From the NCBI RefSeq assembly GCF_009914755.1, contig NC_060928.1: a stretch of DNA of 64,000 nt; one strand, 5' to 3'. The first letter of the stretch is position 1; each line of letters starts with the position of its first letter. This DNA is from the human T2T-CHM13v2.0 reference genome, Homo sapiens. Below are positions 43,377 to 61,454 of this stretch, in pieces. The notes under the pieces are model-generated. The model was not told the origin of the DNA. It saw only the letters and a list, made by a program, of their open reading frames with translations, and ran no database searches. A program made the position numbers and the translations under genes.

Positions 43377-44732
43377 TGCAAATAAAAAATTAAGAGCTCT
43401 CCAACTTAAAAAACATTTGAACATAATATAAAACTAGGATTCCAACATTTAAGAGTATCTGCAATTTTGTTAATTTTACTGTACATAAATGAAAAATAAA
43501 TGCTCAGAAATCACAAAATATCCAGATTTCACACATTAAAAATTAAGTGCTTAAATTAGACATTTGCTTTGTGATTCCAGTATTTTAAAATGACAATTCC
43601 AACTTTACTGGAGATTAGACTACCCAATCTGCTAAGTATGCAAGGAGCTAAAACAAAATGATGACTATGTAGGATATAAAGGCATCTCTAAAATGTGGAA
43701 GAAATCCCGTAACACTTAAGTTTTTAGATAAAGTCCTAAACAGCTTTAAAACTTGCAATAAAAATTTTCCCTGAGGTTTGCCAAACTTCCAAGAAGTCAA
43801 CACTATCAGCTGAGAATGCCACAAAACTTATCTGCATTCATCAGAATATAAACAGAAACAGGTAGTGGAGGAAAAGAAGTTTCAACAGCAGCCATCTGCT
43901 TAGTTATTAGCAATACTGAGAATAAAGACAGACAGTTCAGGAGTTTTTGATTTGAGAAAAGATTTTTAACTCCAAAAGCAGCAATATGTTAGTAAATTAA
44001 TCTGGACCTTACCAATTAACTCACTGCATGTTGAAAAAAAAATTTACTAAGCAAAATTAAAAATAAAATTATTTAATTACAATCACTCTTATCTAATTAC
44101 TATCTAGGCAACACTTTAAACTGTTCTCTCTCCCTCCCAAATTAACTCATGTGACTACAGAAGCACTTTTATTTAGTGGTCAGAATATGTTCTTAAAAAC
44201 CAGTTTTAAATTTTTATGAGATTACTCAATTTCATGGAGGCTATTCAAATTTATGAAGAAAGGAGTACTGATTTCGCAGTTGCATTTAACTTACCAAGTA
44301 AAAATAATGAAGGTTCACAAAAATGAGAAGGTAATATTTACTTTAGACCAGCTCTACTACTAAATACAACAAATGAAATGTAAACAAAACGTTAGGTTTT
44401 CTGCTACCTTCTCCCCAAAACTCTTCAAATTCAAGACTGGGAATCTAAAGATAACTTAAAGAAGCAATGGTATGCAAAAAAACAGCTGACAACTAGAGCA
44501 GCATTTTATTTCATGAAAGACACTCTAGCATACATCTGAAAACCCTTCGGCTTACTCCCTTCCTTTCCCCAGCTGTGGGATTCACAGAAAATACCGCACA
44601 AAGTTGTCTCAGAGAAAAACCTTTCGGGTCCTTAACCATGAGGCCATTTGATATTTCTGATAGAATCTCAATACGCTTATGTTATCTGAGAATGATGACA
44701 ATTTTAAATAGTGATTTAAAAAATAAAAATAT

Positions 44733-45127
<395 letters not shown>

Positions 45128-45183
45128 TCAATACTACATTACAGCACAAATGCTGTTTATATGCCATCAAAAAAGCATTTTGG

Positions 45184-45500
<317 letters not shown>

Positions 45501-45628
45501 CCCTTTCGTAAAAGGCTTTTTAAAACTTTGTATTATCCAAATAGCTTCTGAATTTATTTAGCCACTCAGGTATTCCACAGCACACCTATAAACACCCTAT
45601 TGAAAAGAAGCTTAGAAACGCTACATCT

Positions 45629-45920
45629 GGCCGGGTGCGATGGCTCACGCCTGTAATCCCAGCACTTTGGGAGGCCGAGGAGAGTGGATCACGAGGTCAG
45701 GAGATTGAGACCATCCTGGCTAAAACGGTGAAACCCTGTCTCTACTAAAAATACAAAAAATTAGCCGGGTGTGGTGGCGGGCACCTGTAGTCCCAGCTAC
45801 TTGGGAGGCTGAGGCAGGAGAATGGCGTGAACCCAGAAGGCGGAGCTTGCGGTGAGCCAAGACTGCACCACTGCACTACAGCCTGGGCGACAGCGCAAGA
45901 CTCCGTCTCGAAAAAAAAAA
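45629..45920 (+). mobile_element. AluY
   Basis: gaatggcgtgaaccc...ggagcttgc; TSD agaaa(c/t)gctacatctg. Confidence 0.93.
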
Positions 45921-46407
45921 GAAATGCTACATCTGAGAATAAAATTTTAAATGAAGTAAATTCTAACTAAGAACTTTTAGTAATCCTTCCCAAATTTCAT
46001 GAGCATATGGGAAGACAAAACCAAACTGAAGTGTTTTGATGATGAATAGGCACCCAAGTTCACTCACAAGCTAAATACTGATGAAGATAACCTGATTTCA
46101 AAGCAGCTGTGATGCACATTCATGCTTCAGCATAATAGCACTTATATCCCAGGGATCTCTTAAACTACAATTGCAAAATCTTGAAATTCCAAAAGCATTT
46201 AACACTCTTAAAATAATTATAACACAAACTCTAGTGGTATACAGAAGTATTCCTACAGTATGCAGATAAAAGGGGTTATATATTTTACATATTAATACAA
46301 TCAGGTTGAAGAACATTGAAATAAAAAATATGATTAACATGTTCTTATGATTAAGGTTGCTGCATATTAGAAACAGTATGTCAAAAGCTAAATAATGAAG
46401 AAAATTA

Positions 46408-46653
<246 letters not shown>

Positions 46654-47253
46654 TTATTTGAAGCTGTCTTCAAGGATTCTTACATGGTCTTACAGTATAG
46701 CAATATTTACTATTCTACATATATCAGCTATAAAAATGCCCATGAAAACCTTCAAATAAACTGTAAATGAAAAATCAAATACATAATGGCTGAACTATAG
46801 TAAAAGTTATTTACATTTTTAAAAATTTAGAAAAAAAATAAATGCACAAACTACAGCATTTCTTCATAAAATACCTTAAAATCAGATTTTATAAAATTAT
46901 ATGTAATTCAGATTGCTAAAAGAAAACATTAATATGCAGTATAATTATTGCTACCATTATTAAAACAAAACTTTGCAAATAGGAAAAAACAGAAAATGCA
47001 AAAAAAAAAAATAAGTGGACCAGATATAAAAAGGTTCCTCCATAAAAAGTTTCATAAGAGTTCTTAATTTCTACTTTCAGGTTCTCACTAAAACCTTGGT
47101 AGCACAATAAATTTAATAAATAATGATAGTACTCACATTATTCTTTAAATATATTTTTTAAAGCATTGATCTAATTTGTATAAACAAAAACATGCTCAGG
47201 CCTCAGTTTTTTTTCTAAAGACCCAGAATCTTTCTTGCCAGTGTTGAACCCTT

Positions 47254-47300
47254 GTTTGTTTGTTTGTTTCTGCTAAGAGTCTCACTCTGTCACCAGGCTA
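47254..47300 (-). mobile_element. Severely 5'-truncated Alu
   Basis: (TTTG)n + agagtctcactctgtcaccaggct flanked by TSD tgaaccctt. Confidence 0.75.
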
Positions 47301-47936
47301 TGAACCCTTCTATAACACTTGTATCAACAAGGGATGAGTCTACATTCCAATGAATAGTATACACACACAACACAGCAAAAAGGGGAACATCATAGACTTT
47401 GGGGGACAAAAATGTCAGAAAATAGTTTTAGGCCCTTAATCAATACAGTAACAGGGGCCAAGGTACATGTGGTATGGAGGAAAGAAGTAATACACGAGGG
47501 TAAGTGACTACATTTCTAAGGAGCTGCCTGTCCTGTGTATAGTTATTTCCACTCTCCAGCATTATAAGTTACAATGGGTGTTTGTGATGAGACAAGGACA
47601 TGGATCTGAGGGAGAAAGATTTGATCCTTAAGTAAAATAAGCCTCTGTACTTAATGAAGGGTAGAGTGAGTAGCACAGTTACACATATATGTTATTAGAT
47701 TATAAAAGAACTAGGTGGGTTACAAATTGAGAAGATTGGGCTTAAAAATGCATTACTATAAAGGGGGAGAAATAAAGTCTAAAATGAAGGCACAGCAAAG
47801 CAGAAACAAAACAAGAAGGTACTTACTAGTTCCTTCTTTTACAGGTGATTTCTTACAGTTGGTTATTGATCAGTATGTATTCCCCATTTTTATGCCCACA
47901 TACACACATATATAGTTAAATGGAGAGAAGAAATTA

Positions 47937-48125
<189 letters not shown>

Positions 48126-50659
48126 TTAAAGGTTCCGTTAGGTCATTTTAAAACCAAACTTCGTGACAAAAATGAAATGCAAAGACATAAGGTAAATTAA
48201 AAATAAACTTCTGCCCCAAACAAATGTGCTACTGTTTCATGATCAATTGCAAAATTAAGTTTCAAGAAAATCTTTTAAGAGTATACAATGAAACAAGATA
48301 TGCTTCATCAATTCTTGAAAAATGTAATACTGAAATGTACTGGGAAGACATGATATGACCAATTATGGAACATAATGATCACATGGTTTCACATGAATGC
48401 CAAGGCAAAATTCGTCATTTTCAATTTCTTAAACCTTTTAAAAACATACAAATATTCAACACGCAAAATCTAATAAACCATTTTAAGTTGCTTCATGTCA
48501 CACCACTAAAATGTTACCACATGCAAATAAACATTTTTTGTTAAGCCTTAACAATTCCTTACTTAATAAGCTAACAACAGGCTCTTGGTTCAAAAGGGCT
48601 GAAAGCGTGAGTCCTCCCACCCCAAAGAAATAATCTTAAAGCACAAAAGGAATTCAATAATAAAAGAAGTGGGACTGAGGGGCAGCATCAACACTAAACA
48701 AATGCTGATACATAAATGGAAGATAAAAACAAATGACGTCAGATTGATCAATGAACCAAAAAGGGAAACCAGGCTTAGTTAGGGATGGCTCAAGTGAAGG
48801 CTGCTAATATGGACTCCAGTTATCACAAGACAGGTGCCACGTAAGAATGAAGGCAATGAGATCAAGGGTCAAGATTGTATAACTTTGCAGGGGTCAGCTA
48901 TCTCCTGTCCATTCCACACTGGTTACTGATGTCACTATGAAAAACAACTATCTTCCTTTTGGCACCTGGACAAAACACAGGATGCCTTTAGATGCTTAAG
49001 TCACAGCTCATCCAGTTAGATAAAAACCCATTATTTTATTTACGGATTTAAAAGTGGTATTAAAAAATCTGAAGCCATCATTTATGAATTCACCATTTTG
49101 GCTCTTTTTATGATTAGTCTAACCTAATCTTTCATGGACCAACTGGATATTTTTAGCTCATGCCATCTGCTGGAGCATTAAGTTCAGCAAATTGATAGTG
49201 TACAACAAAAAGAAGTGAATTCTCTTTATTTCACCTAAACTTAATTCTAAATTTCATAAACTATTGGCAAACAAATCCATCTTAACTCATTTATATGCTT
49301 TATGCTTCTTGTCCTTGGTCATATTTTTAAAAATAAACTACCACATTCCTGGGAGGGACAAACAGCATTAGCTATAAGGTTATTTTATGTAAGACCAGGA
49401 AAGAAAAAACACTGCCAATTAAATTATGACTCAGTGCCTTAAAGACAGTAAAGCATAGTGCAAGAATCAGCAACACTATAGCCCTTAGCTGCTTTGAAAT
49501 TTCTTTGATCTGAGGACGTTTGGTAATTTTTCCTGTCTTCCGATATATCACAGACACGAGAGAGGCAATACTCTTGTACATGATCTCAGTAGCAGAACAT
49601 AACATACAGCTTCCTCTATTTGTGAGTTACCTCTCTTAGCTTCAATAGAGCGGTCTGTTGATTTGCAAGGCAAAAAAAAAAAAAAAAGGATTGGTTGCTC
49701 TTCCAACATTTGCTCAAATACTAGCATATTTACACCCTATTGCTCCATTTCCCAGCCTCTTGATACTCAGTGCTCATTTCAACATGGAATCATAGTGTAA
49801 TATTTAATATTTCTGAAGGCATTTAAATTAGCAAATACTCTCAGTATATACAGACCCAACAATTCACATTATTTGAGGTGAAAATATGTACAGCTAGATC
49901 GAGTTCAAGCATTCACAGGCAATAATAACCAAACTGCCACCAACTACAAGACCTCAGTAGATTGTGAGACACATTGTAACTTCAGACAATAAAAACTTGA
50001 GAAAAAAGTCACAGAAATGATAAAATATGACTTTAAGTTGAAAACTTCTTAAAACTAGTTTTAAAAGTCACCTTCTTTATTTTGATCTTTTTTCTCCTCA
50101 CATTCCTCAAGCTTTAATCAATCACAATATGGAGCAGAGCTAACCAACAGACATTCCTTTTTATTTTTCTAAGGGAAGAAATGTTACAGATGGCAGACTA
50201 TAAATATTATAAATTAGATTAATGGAAATATTTTATTGTGCTTTATTAACTATGCATATTGCAAGTACTTAGTTAAATGGCCAAAACTTCTATCATCCAG
50301 ACAATTCCCAATGGTTCCTCAATACTGATCATCACCCAGTGATCCCATTCCATGAGGTGCTGCACTTAATTACTTCTTGCATCACCAGTTAATATGGGAT
50401 ACTGCTGTTTGTACAATGAATAATTTCAAGAAAAATGAAATTTCAAAATTTCAAAGGTCTCAAGGATATAGTCAAATTTACTTCTTTTCCAGTGAAGAAA
50501 ACGAAAAAAACCGTAGTCAACTTTTCCAGACTCTCAAAACCAGTTACTAAGACTAGGTATCACTGTACTGATTCCCAGTCCTAAGTCTCTCCTACATTAA
50601 CACACTCTTCACAAAGTCCCAGATAAAGGAACCCATTGTACGTACAAATTTCATAGCAA

Positions 50660-51070
50660 AAAGCTATTCGAAAGATATGCCCAGGTCCTAACCTCTGGTA
50701 CCTATCAACGTGACATTACTCAGAAATAGGGTCTTTGCAGAAGTAATTAAGTTATAAATTTCAGACAAGATCGCCCTGAATTTAAGAGTGGGCCCTAAAT
50801 CCAATGACCAGTATCCTTACAAAATGTAAAGAGAGGGAGATTTGAACACAAAAGGAAAGCCACGTGAAGATGAAGGCAGAGACTGTGGTTACAAAGCTAC
50901 AAGCCAAGGAATGCTAAGGACTGTTAGCCACCACCAAAAGCTAGGAGAGAATCATGAAAGACTATTGCCACTTAGAGCCTCCAGTTGGAACTAACCTGCC
51001 AACATACTGTTTTTGAACTTCTGACCTTCAGAATTGTGAGAGAATGAATTTGTCAATTTTAAGCCACTAA
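50660..51070 (+). mobile_element. MLT1-family LTR
   Basis: aaatagggtctttgcagaagtaattaag...ggccctaaatccaatgacc...ccttcagaattgtgagagaatgaattt. Confidence 0.85.
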
Positions 51071-51394
51071 AAAAAAAAAAAAAAAAAAAAGAAACAGTAC
51101 TTGACGATTTGCTATACTGTTAAATGTATGAAACCCTTTGCTTAACAACAAAAAACTAACTTGACACAGAACTCAGGAAAGGCAGAATCAGGCACTGGAG
51201 ATAAAAACTACAGTCCATTTTCCTTTATGTAAGAGTCAAGTTTTACTAACTTTCTTAGTAGTAATGAAATATTTATCCAGGCTAAGGAATGAGTCACAAT
51301 AGTAAAATTTTAAGTTTGAAGTTTCAATGATGAATTAATAAAAGTGCCACAGGATAGCCAAACTCCACACTTTACTGGGTGCCTTACTATCTAC

Positions 51395-51590
51395 AGTGTT
51401 TTCCAACTGTTTTAGGGCAGAGATGCTCTTAAAAATTTATTAGCATCACCTTGGAACTAGTAAGAACTACAAAACTTGAGTCTCATCTCAGATCTACTTA
51501 ATCAGAAATTTTGAAGGTGAGGCATAGCAATCTGCTCTAACAAGTTTTCAAGTGATTCTGATGATTGCTAAAGTTTAAGAAACACTAGTC
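51395..51590. mobile_element. MER5A-type MITE
   Basis: agcatcaccttggaactagt...atcagaaatt...caagtgattctgatg...aagtttaagaaacact. Confidence 0.7.
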
Positions 51591-52199
51591 TAAATTAATC
51601 AAATTAAACAAGAAGCAGATTACCTAAAGATGTCTAAAGTAGCAAAAACATCCTTGGAGTAAGTAACAGTTCAGCTTTTCAACTGTGACTGCTTAATAAA
51701 ATATACCAAAAACCCCATGTACTGAACAGTATCAACCTAGCTTAAGTATTTTTTTGCAACAGGCACATGTAGATGGCGTAGTATAACTACAAGCCAACTG
51801 CCAACTATGATCTCAGCAAGATGACGACACCTAACACATCACTAATTCTGATTTGAACAAACCATGGTAAAACATTACATCCTGCAAATATATTACTTAT
51901 TTATATTTTTGTATTTATATATATGTATATATATTTTATGAAACATTCCAAAAAATTACAAACTAAGCCTAAGAAAGGCAAAAAATCATTTTTATAAAAT
52001 GAAAACCAGAAATCCCTACCTCAAAGCTTATGATCCCTCCCCAGTAAAATTCCAGCTTGGTTAAATGTTTAAAACAAAAACAAAATAGTAAAATACATGG
52101 ATTAAATTATTTAAACCAACACTGGGCAGGGTATGATGCAAAACCTGGACATCATAAAAGTGGTTAATTCAATACGTGTACAAAATTCAAGTCTCTATG

Positions 52200-53935
52200 T
52201 AGCATGAAGTGTCATAAAGCAAAGAAATGTATGACAAACTGAGCAAAAATTGCAACTTATATCCAAGGTGCTAATTCTGTTATAAGCTCCTACAAATCTA
52301 TAAGAAAAAGGCCAATCCACTATAGAAATATGGGCAAAGCATATGATGAAACATCTAATTCTATCAATTTTATAATACCGCATATTTGGTCAAATTTAAA
52401 TTCTCTGAAACTAAGATGCATTTTAAAATAGCACCTTAAAAACAGCTATCAACTAGGTAGAAATCCTGAGAAGATGAAAAAAGCACCAGTCTCAGATTCC
52501 AAAAAGAAATACAAATGGCTAATATACAAAAATGTTCAATTTCACAGAAAATAAATGCAAATTAAAACCATAAAGTAATCCCATTTTTCACTTAACAAGA
52601 TTGACAAAGATAAAAAGTTTTATAATGCTGAGTTGGCAAGGGTAAAGAAACAGATGCTCATTTACTGATTCCTTACTGGTGAGAGTATATAAAAATCTCT
52701 ATGGAGGGCAATCTGCCAAAAGCTGATAAAATTCAAGTATACTCTATGACCCGAACAATTTCACTTGTAGGGAATTTATTTCACAGATGTGTATGCGTGA
52801 AAAAAATGTGTGTACAAGTTTGTAAGAGGATACGGAGGACAGCAAATGTTTCTAATAGCAAAAACTGCAAATGAGGTTCCATCAATAGAATTTGTTAAGT
52901 AAACTAAGGTACAATCACAAATGCTATGCAGCCATTAAAAATAAAGCAACTTAAAACCACAATGAGATACCATCTTATACCAGTCAGCATGGCTACTAAA
53001 AAGTCAAAAAATAACAAGGTTGTAGAGAAAAGGGAATGCTTATCCACTGCTGGTGGGATTGTATTAGTTCAGCCATTGTGGAAAGCAGTTTGGCAACTTC
53101 TCAAAGATTTATAATAGAATTACCAGTTGACCCAGCAATCCCATTATTGGGTATACAGAATATAAACCCTTCTACCATAATGACACAGGCCTGTGTATAT
53201 TCACTGCAGTACTATCCACAATAGCAAAGACATAGAATCAACTTAAATGTCCATTAAAAGTAGAATTCATTTTTAAAAGTAGCACATATACACAATGGAA
53301 TACTATGCAGCCATAAAAAAGAGATCATGTTCTTGTGACAACATATATGAAGCTAAAGGCCATCATCCTAAGCAAACTAACACAAGAACAGAAAACCAAA
53401 TACCTCATGTTCTCAGTTGGGAGCTCAACTTTGAGTAAATATGCACACAAAGAAAGGAACAACAAACCAGAGGATGGAGGGTGGGAAGAGAAAGAGAATC
53501 AGAAAAACTACCTGTCAGGTAACTATGCTTATTACCCGAGTAACAAAGTAATCTGTACACCAGCCCGTAATCCCAGCACTTTGGGAGGCCGAAGCAGGTC
53601 AATCACTTGAGGTCAAAGTTCAAGACCAGCCTGGCCAACATGTGGAAATCCCATCTCTACCAAAAAATACAAAAATTCACCAGGCGTGGTGGCGTGCACC
53701 TGTAGCCCCAGCTACTTGGGAGGCTGAGGCAAGAGAATCGAATCGCTTGAACCCAGGAGGCACAGGCTGCAGCGAGCTGAGATTGGGTCACTGCACTCCA
53801 GCCTGGAAGAGTGAGACACTGTCTCAAAAAAAAAAAAAAAAAAAAAAAATCTGTACACCAAACTCCTACAACATGCAATTTACCTATACAGCAAACCTGC
53901 ACATATACCCTTGAACCTAAAAGTTAAAAAAGCAT
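52200..53935 (+). mobile_element. L1 3' fragments (old L1M plus younger L1PB/MA-like 3' end from ~52950)
   Basis: aaaaccacaatgagataccatc..., gacccagcaatcccattattgggtat, gcaaacctgcacatatacccttgaacctaaaagtt. Confidence 0.85.
53563..53848 (+). mobile_element. 5'-truncated AluS inserted in L1
   Basis: TSD aatctgtacacca. Confidence 0.92.
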
Positions 53936-54109
53936 AAATAAAGCAACCTGAAAAAGGCATCTATTATAAATGAATGGCACTGTTTAATCTGAGTAATTAG
54001 ATTTACTGTTCTCCATATTACCTAGGAAAGCTTTACAATACACTCAGAGAATTACATGGAGCGATGAGGAACAATGATGAAGGAAATAAAACACAGAGGT
54101 TAAGAATAC

Positions 54110-54300
54110 ATACTTGCTGCAAGACAAAACTGGGTTTAAGTCCCTGTTTTCCTATTATTGTCTGATCTTGGACAATTTCTTCCGTAATGGTCCCCTTGTA
54201 AAAATGTGAACAGGGTAAAAATTGTTTAAAATAAAACAATGTACATATATAAAGTCCTCAGTACACTAACTGCCTGGCACTTGGGAAATATTCAATAAAC
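54110..54300. mobile_element. MIR fragment
   Basis: ctgggtttaagtccc...tgatcttggacaatttctt...tgcctggcac. Confidence 0.6.
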
Positions 54301-54886
54301 GGTTCTATACCACACTCTTAACTAGCCTCCATGTAACTCATAAATCCTTGGGATAGCCATACACTTTATAAAACATAGTGTAATATACACATAATCCTGT
54401 CTCCATCAGTTGGGTCAAGAGAATTACAGTTGACATGAAATGATAAACCCCAAGCATAGAAAAGAGTCATATATATGAACACCAAGTCATATGTTTCAGA
54501 AGTTTAGAACAAGATGAATCTTTCACACACACAGAACTATCAAATCTGTGAGACAATTCTGAAAGATTTAAAAGAGCCTAGAAACCAAGCATTCCAAAAG
54601 ATTGAACTGTCTTAAATTCCAGAAAAACAACTTGTGTATTTTCTAAATGTTTGAGTTTAAATTCCAGCTTTAGAATTAAATGGAATTCCAAACAAATGAA
54701 CCCATACTCAACAAAATGGTGTTGATTAATGTTAACAATAAATGAACCTATAGGTCTTATATTTAAATGTCCAGGTATAATTTTTCTATTTACAACTGAT
54801 CTTTCAGGTTTATCTTTATATACATATAAAGAAATATATATAATCTATATATAAGAAATACATATATATGTATGTATATATTTTAA

Positions 54887-55155
54887 AGAGACAAGGCCTT
54901 GCTATGTTGCCCAGGCTGGAAGGCAGTGGCTACTCACAGATACAATCCCACCACTGATCAGCTTTGACCTGCTCATTTTCCAACCTGGGCCGGTTCACAC
55001 CTCCTGGGGCAACCTGATAGTCCCCCGCTCTCCAAGGAGTTACCATATGGATGCCAAACTAGCACACTACATCCCGGAACTCTTGGACTCATGCAATCCT
55101 CCTTCCTCAGCCTCCCAAAGTATTGGGATTACAGGCATAAGCCACTGCACCTGGA
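54887..55155 (-). pseudogene. 7SL (SRP) RNA retro-pseudogene in DHX15 intron 3
   Basis: Alu-like ends plus retained S domain (tttgacctgctcattttccaacctgggccggttcacacctcctggggcaacctgatagtcccccgctc), the reverse complement of the 7SL core; diverged. Confidence 0.88.
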
Positions 55156-55299
55156 CTTGTTTACAACCTTAATGTCCATGCAGCCAAAAGAAGATTAAAC
55201 TACTTTTTTTGGGTATAAACAGATCACTCAAATGGTAGAGTAAGTTGTTGATTCCATCTGTAAATGCATTAAATGATCACCTAGAATATGTATGTTCTC

Positions 55300-56090
<791 letters not shown>

Positions 56091-57734
56091 CCTTAATAGA
56101 AACCAGCTCATCTACCTATAGTATCAGGAAAGGATTGATACTATTTGCTACTGGCTAGTCCATCTGCCTATCAAAGTCTCTCCGTCCTTCTCAACTCAGA
56201 TGAAATACCTCCTCCTCTGTGAAATCTCTATACATTCAAATCACCTTTTATTGGCTTGACAGTTTTCCCCTCCCCAACCAAGTCAGTGAAGAGCCAGTGA
56301 TATTAGCCGAGTCCTTACATAATGTTTCTTTTATTGGTGAAGGAATAAACAAAGACAGGCTCTAGTTCAATCTGGTATGTTCTTAGCAACCATATTACAC
56401 AACATGAGCAACACTAACTTACTGTAATCACAATAGCACTACATATAGCAAAATACTGGTTACAATGACAACAAACTACTAGATGTAAATGCTCACAAGG
56501 AAAGGGAACATATTTTGAATAATTTAGAATCTACAGTGTTTCAATGTTCAATACATCAAACAGGGCAAAAAGGAAACATCAAACCCTGGACTCTTAAAGA
56601 GAGCTGAAATGTTTAAGACCACAATCAAACCATACAGCTTTGTTAGTGTAAACAGCTAAAATACATTTGGTATGTATTTCAGAGTTAGATACCTAATCAC
56701 GAAAAAATGCCTAAGTTAACAATAGAAAATAAAGACAACTAAAAATATATTGCCTATTCCTCAAATTTTCACAAGTTTTAAAGGGAATATTCTTTCATCC
56801 TCAACAGAACTCACAGAAAGCTAGAATGAATGTGTAGGGTGTAGGTTCTACTTAATATTTTTTAAGATATTGGCACTGTATAAACAAAGAGAGCCTTCTC
56901 TATCTAATCCTCACAAATACTTAAGTACAAAGGTCAAATTTAACAAAACATGTAGAGCCTCAGCAAACCAAGTTAGCTTTCTAGGAATTAGCAAAAGCCA
57001 ATAGAATTCTACTTCTAGGGTGACCACAGTAACTTTTTAGTCCTCTGGCAGAAACTGCCTCAGTGTTAAATAACCACATTTATCCTTTATTCCCACCTCT
57101 TTTTAAGAGTCCAATAAAATTACCCTTACCTAACTTATGTGCTACACATGAACTAGAACCAAGACTGCCACATAACAGATGTTCAATAAATTAGTTTATA
57201 ATTGTTTGTATAATTAATGGTCCTTAAAGTGCCACATCTGTTTCACCTTTACCTCCAGCCCTAAAAGAATACTTGAATTGATTCATTCCGGTGACAAGTC
57301 ACGTCAAGGTTTAAGTTTACATCCCCAATTGTAATTCAATTATTGTGCCAAAAGGAACTTTATTAAATTGGTTTTATTGAGTCCCTCTCTAACTGGGTTA
57401 ACTGGTTAAAAAGATCCAATAATTTCTCCAACTGGATATCTACCATCATCACCAACAGCAGCAAGAATCAGCAATGCTGACTGATGCACCCCTAAACAGA
57501 GTGCCATAAATGACGAAGAGTTGTACACAGACAACTATACCTGATCTCAGAACAACCCTATCAGGTAGTTAGTACCAGCTCCATCTTTTGAAAAAGAAAC
57601 AAGCACATGAGGGCTACTTAACACATAGTTAATGTCACAGCTAATACGTGGGCAGAGCTAGGACAACTCAGACACTGACCCTAGAGGCTATGCTCTAGGA
57701 TCTATTTCCTTTTGATTCTCTTCACAAACCACCA

Positions 57735-58027
57735 TTTTTTTTTTTTTTTTAAGAGAGATGGAGTCTTGCTCTGTCACCCAGGCTGGAGCGCAGTGACACA
57801 ATCCTAGCTCACCTCAGTCTCAAACTCTTGGGTCCAAGTGATCCACTCACCTCATCCAAGTAGCTGGGACTACAGGTACATACCACCACACCTGGCTCAT
57901 TTTTTTAATATATAAATCTTTTTGGAGAGCCAGGGTCTCACTATGTTACCCACCCTGGACTCAAGTGATCCTCCTGCCTCAGCCTCCCAAAGTGTTGGGA
58001 CTACATGTGTGAGCCTCTGCTCCTGGC
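57735..58027 (-). mobile_element. AluJ
   Basis: Diverged antisense dimer. Confidence 0.88.
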
Positions 58028-58199
58028 CTCAAGGTATTTTTAAACGAAGTTGTCTTGTTGGAAACCCACTCTGGAATCTGCATAAGTAGTCTTTATACAG
58101 TTGGTGCTTCAGTCAGCTGTTTCCAGAGGCACCAAAGAATCCGCTATGGCAATGCCCTGTAATTCCCTATCCCATAACCCCTGTTCTGGCTAACCACTA

Positions 58200-58540
<341 letters not shown>

Positions 58541-58989
58541 CCAACATCTTCCCACCTAAACTTATTCTCAAATCATTCTTTCATATAAACACCCATATTC
58601 TACTTCAGAAGGTTAATCACAATGTCAAACTTTTTATTTACATTTTTATTTGCTTTAACAAGAACAGGGACTAGATTCACTTTTCATTATACCTAGTACT
58701 GCCCAACACATAGAAGGTACTTAACTATTAGCTGACTGAATGACTAATCATTATGTGTACAAATTATTAGATTCCTTCAACACAAAAATCTCTAATTTTA
58801 CAGCTTACGAAAAAATAAAAAGGAAGCATATCACCTAAAATAACAGTAAAATTACCTACCAAATTAACAACTTCAATTATTACGTTTTTCTACGCTTACA
58901 AGATTATCAAATTGTTTTCTTCCCTAAAAAATTATCAGCTCCTTCAAAAAACTGAAGGTGATTTCCTGAATTAAAATATGTTACAACCA

Positions 58990-59367
<378 letters not shown>

Positions 59368-61003
59368 TCAAAATGAATCAAGGTATTTTACACTGACTAG
59401 TCACAAATACAGCAATATATTGTTCCCTGACTGGTAAGCTCTTTAGGTATCTCTTTGGGTTTTTTCTTCATAATTTCCACTCCAAGAAAACAGGAAAGTA
59501 AGTATGTTGCAAAAAGAATGCTTCAGAAGAAAAGGATGGGGACAAGCAAACACATAAAAAAGGAAATATAAAAACCATTTAGGAGTGGCAGCTTTGTAAA
59601 CTTACTTGTTCACTGGGATGGGGTAGCCATTTAAGGCTAGACTAACAGAGTGTGCACTAAGTTATACCAGATCCAATCTTCCGAAAAGAGCACAGTGTCA
59701 GATCTATAACCTAAAATTTATGAATAGGTATCCCAAACACTGAAGAAACTATCTTATAGACCCTTAATCTATATGCGGACAATTTAAAGATACTTTATTT
59801 AGCTAAAATGCTCTCAAACTATGGTTAAATTCTGTGCTCCTCAAACATAATCTGCCTAAGTTAGCCTCTTTACCACCCTAGAGTGAAAATTAAAGTTCGC
59901 CCTGGCTACACAATGGATATATAAGCATTTTATATCTATATATGATAAGAGCTACATTTAATGAAGCATTCCCATTAGTTAAGTTCTTCCTATCAAATAG
60001 CAAAGTTACATTTGAAATTTTTAAATTTTAAGCTAACTTATTGTAATAATACACTCCTTTACTTATATTACTTAAAGGCAACACCAGGTTAGCTCCTAGA
60101 AGAAACCCCAATAAGCTTACCCTGTCTTAAGTAAGCTTTTACAAGTAGTTATAACCTCTAGAAAATGCTCCATTAAAAAAATCACAATGCCAAAAATACT
60201 TCATTTGAACTATAAAATCTGTTATTTGTCATTCCCTATGAAGTGAACCAAAATCTTTCAGAGGTACTCATCTTTTGAAAGCCTATCCTCCACCCACTTC
60301 CTACTACACATACACACAGCACCAATATTGCATAACTTTCTTGTATCCCAATTTCCAAATTCTGTTCTCAACTGTGGCTTATCAAAAAAATTCAATGCAA
60401 TGTGAATCAAGTCAGAATAATGATATTCCTCCTAAAGATGAGTAAAATCTCCCCCTTATTATCCTCAAGTCCTTGACATTACCTGCATTTTAAAGTAATA
60501 CAACATAATGAGCTATGATTTTGCTTATGCAATTATTGTCAATTATACTGTAATTACCAGTGATCAATAACGTATCACTGAACAACTACAAGAATTTATT
60601 CAGTGAAGATTAAGGTTTAAGCCAAAAATATGTCCCATAAAGTCATAAGGATAAGCTTATTTAAATATTTTAAAGTTCAACTGCTATTAAATATCACGCT
60701 GAATAAAAAGTTCTAATAAAATGAGATAAATCAAAGAATTAGAAAAAACTGACACAAATGTTGAATGAAAACTGGATATTTTGATCCAATAAATTGTTTT
60801 AAGTTATGATAGCTCTATTTTAAGAAACTATCTCAGAGATACACACTGAAATATTTATATATATAATTATTTGGTATCTAAGACTGCTTCGAAATAACAT
60901 GGGACAGGGAAATAAATTAAGATTGGATATGAAATAAATAAGACTGAAATAGTTAAAAGTCGATGATAAACACATGCAGTTCATTATTCTATTCAATTTC
61001 TGC

Positions 61004-61382
<379 letters not shown>

Positions 61383-61454
61383 TCATATCACTGCCTACAC
61401 AACGCTCCAAAATGGTTTTTAAAAACCTCAGGGAGAAGATCACATAGATATGAT

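Noticed and set aside
48734-48741. Full CRE palindrome TGACGTCA (another inside the Alu at ~58302)
   Set aside because: Single 8-mers with no promoter or CpG-island context.
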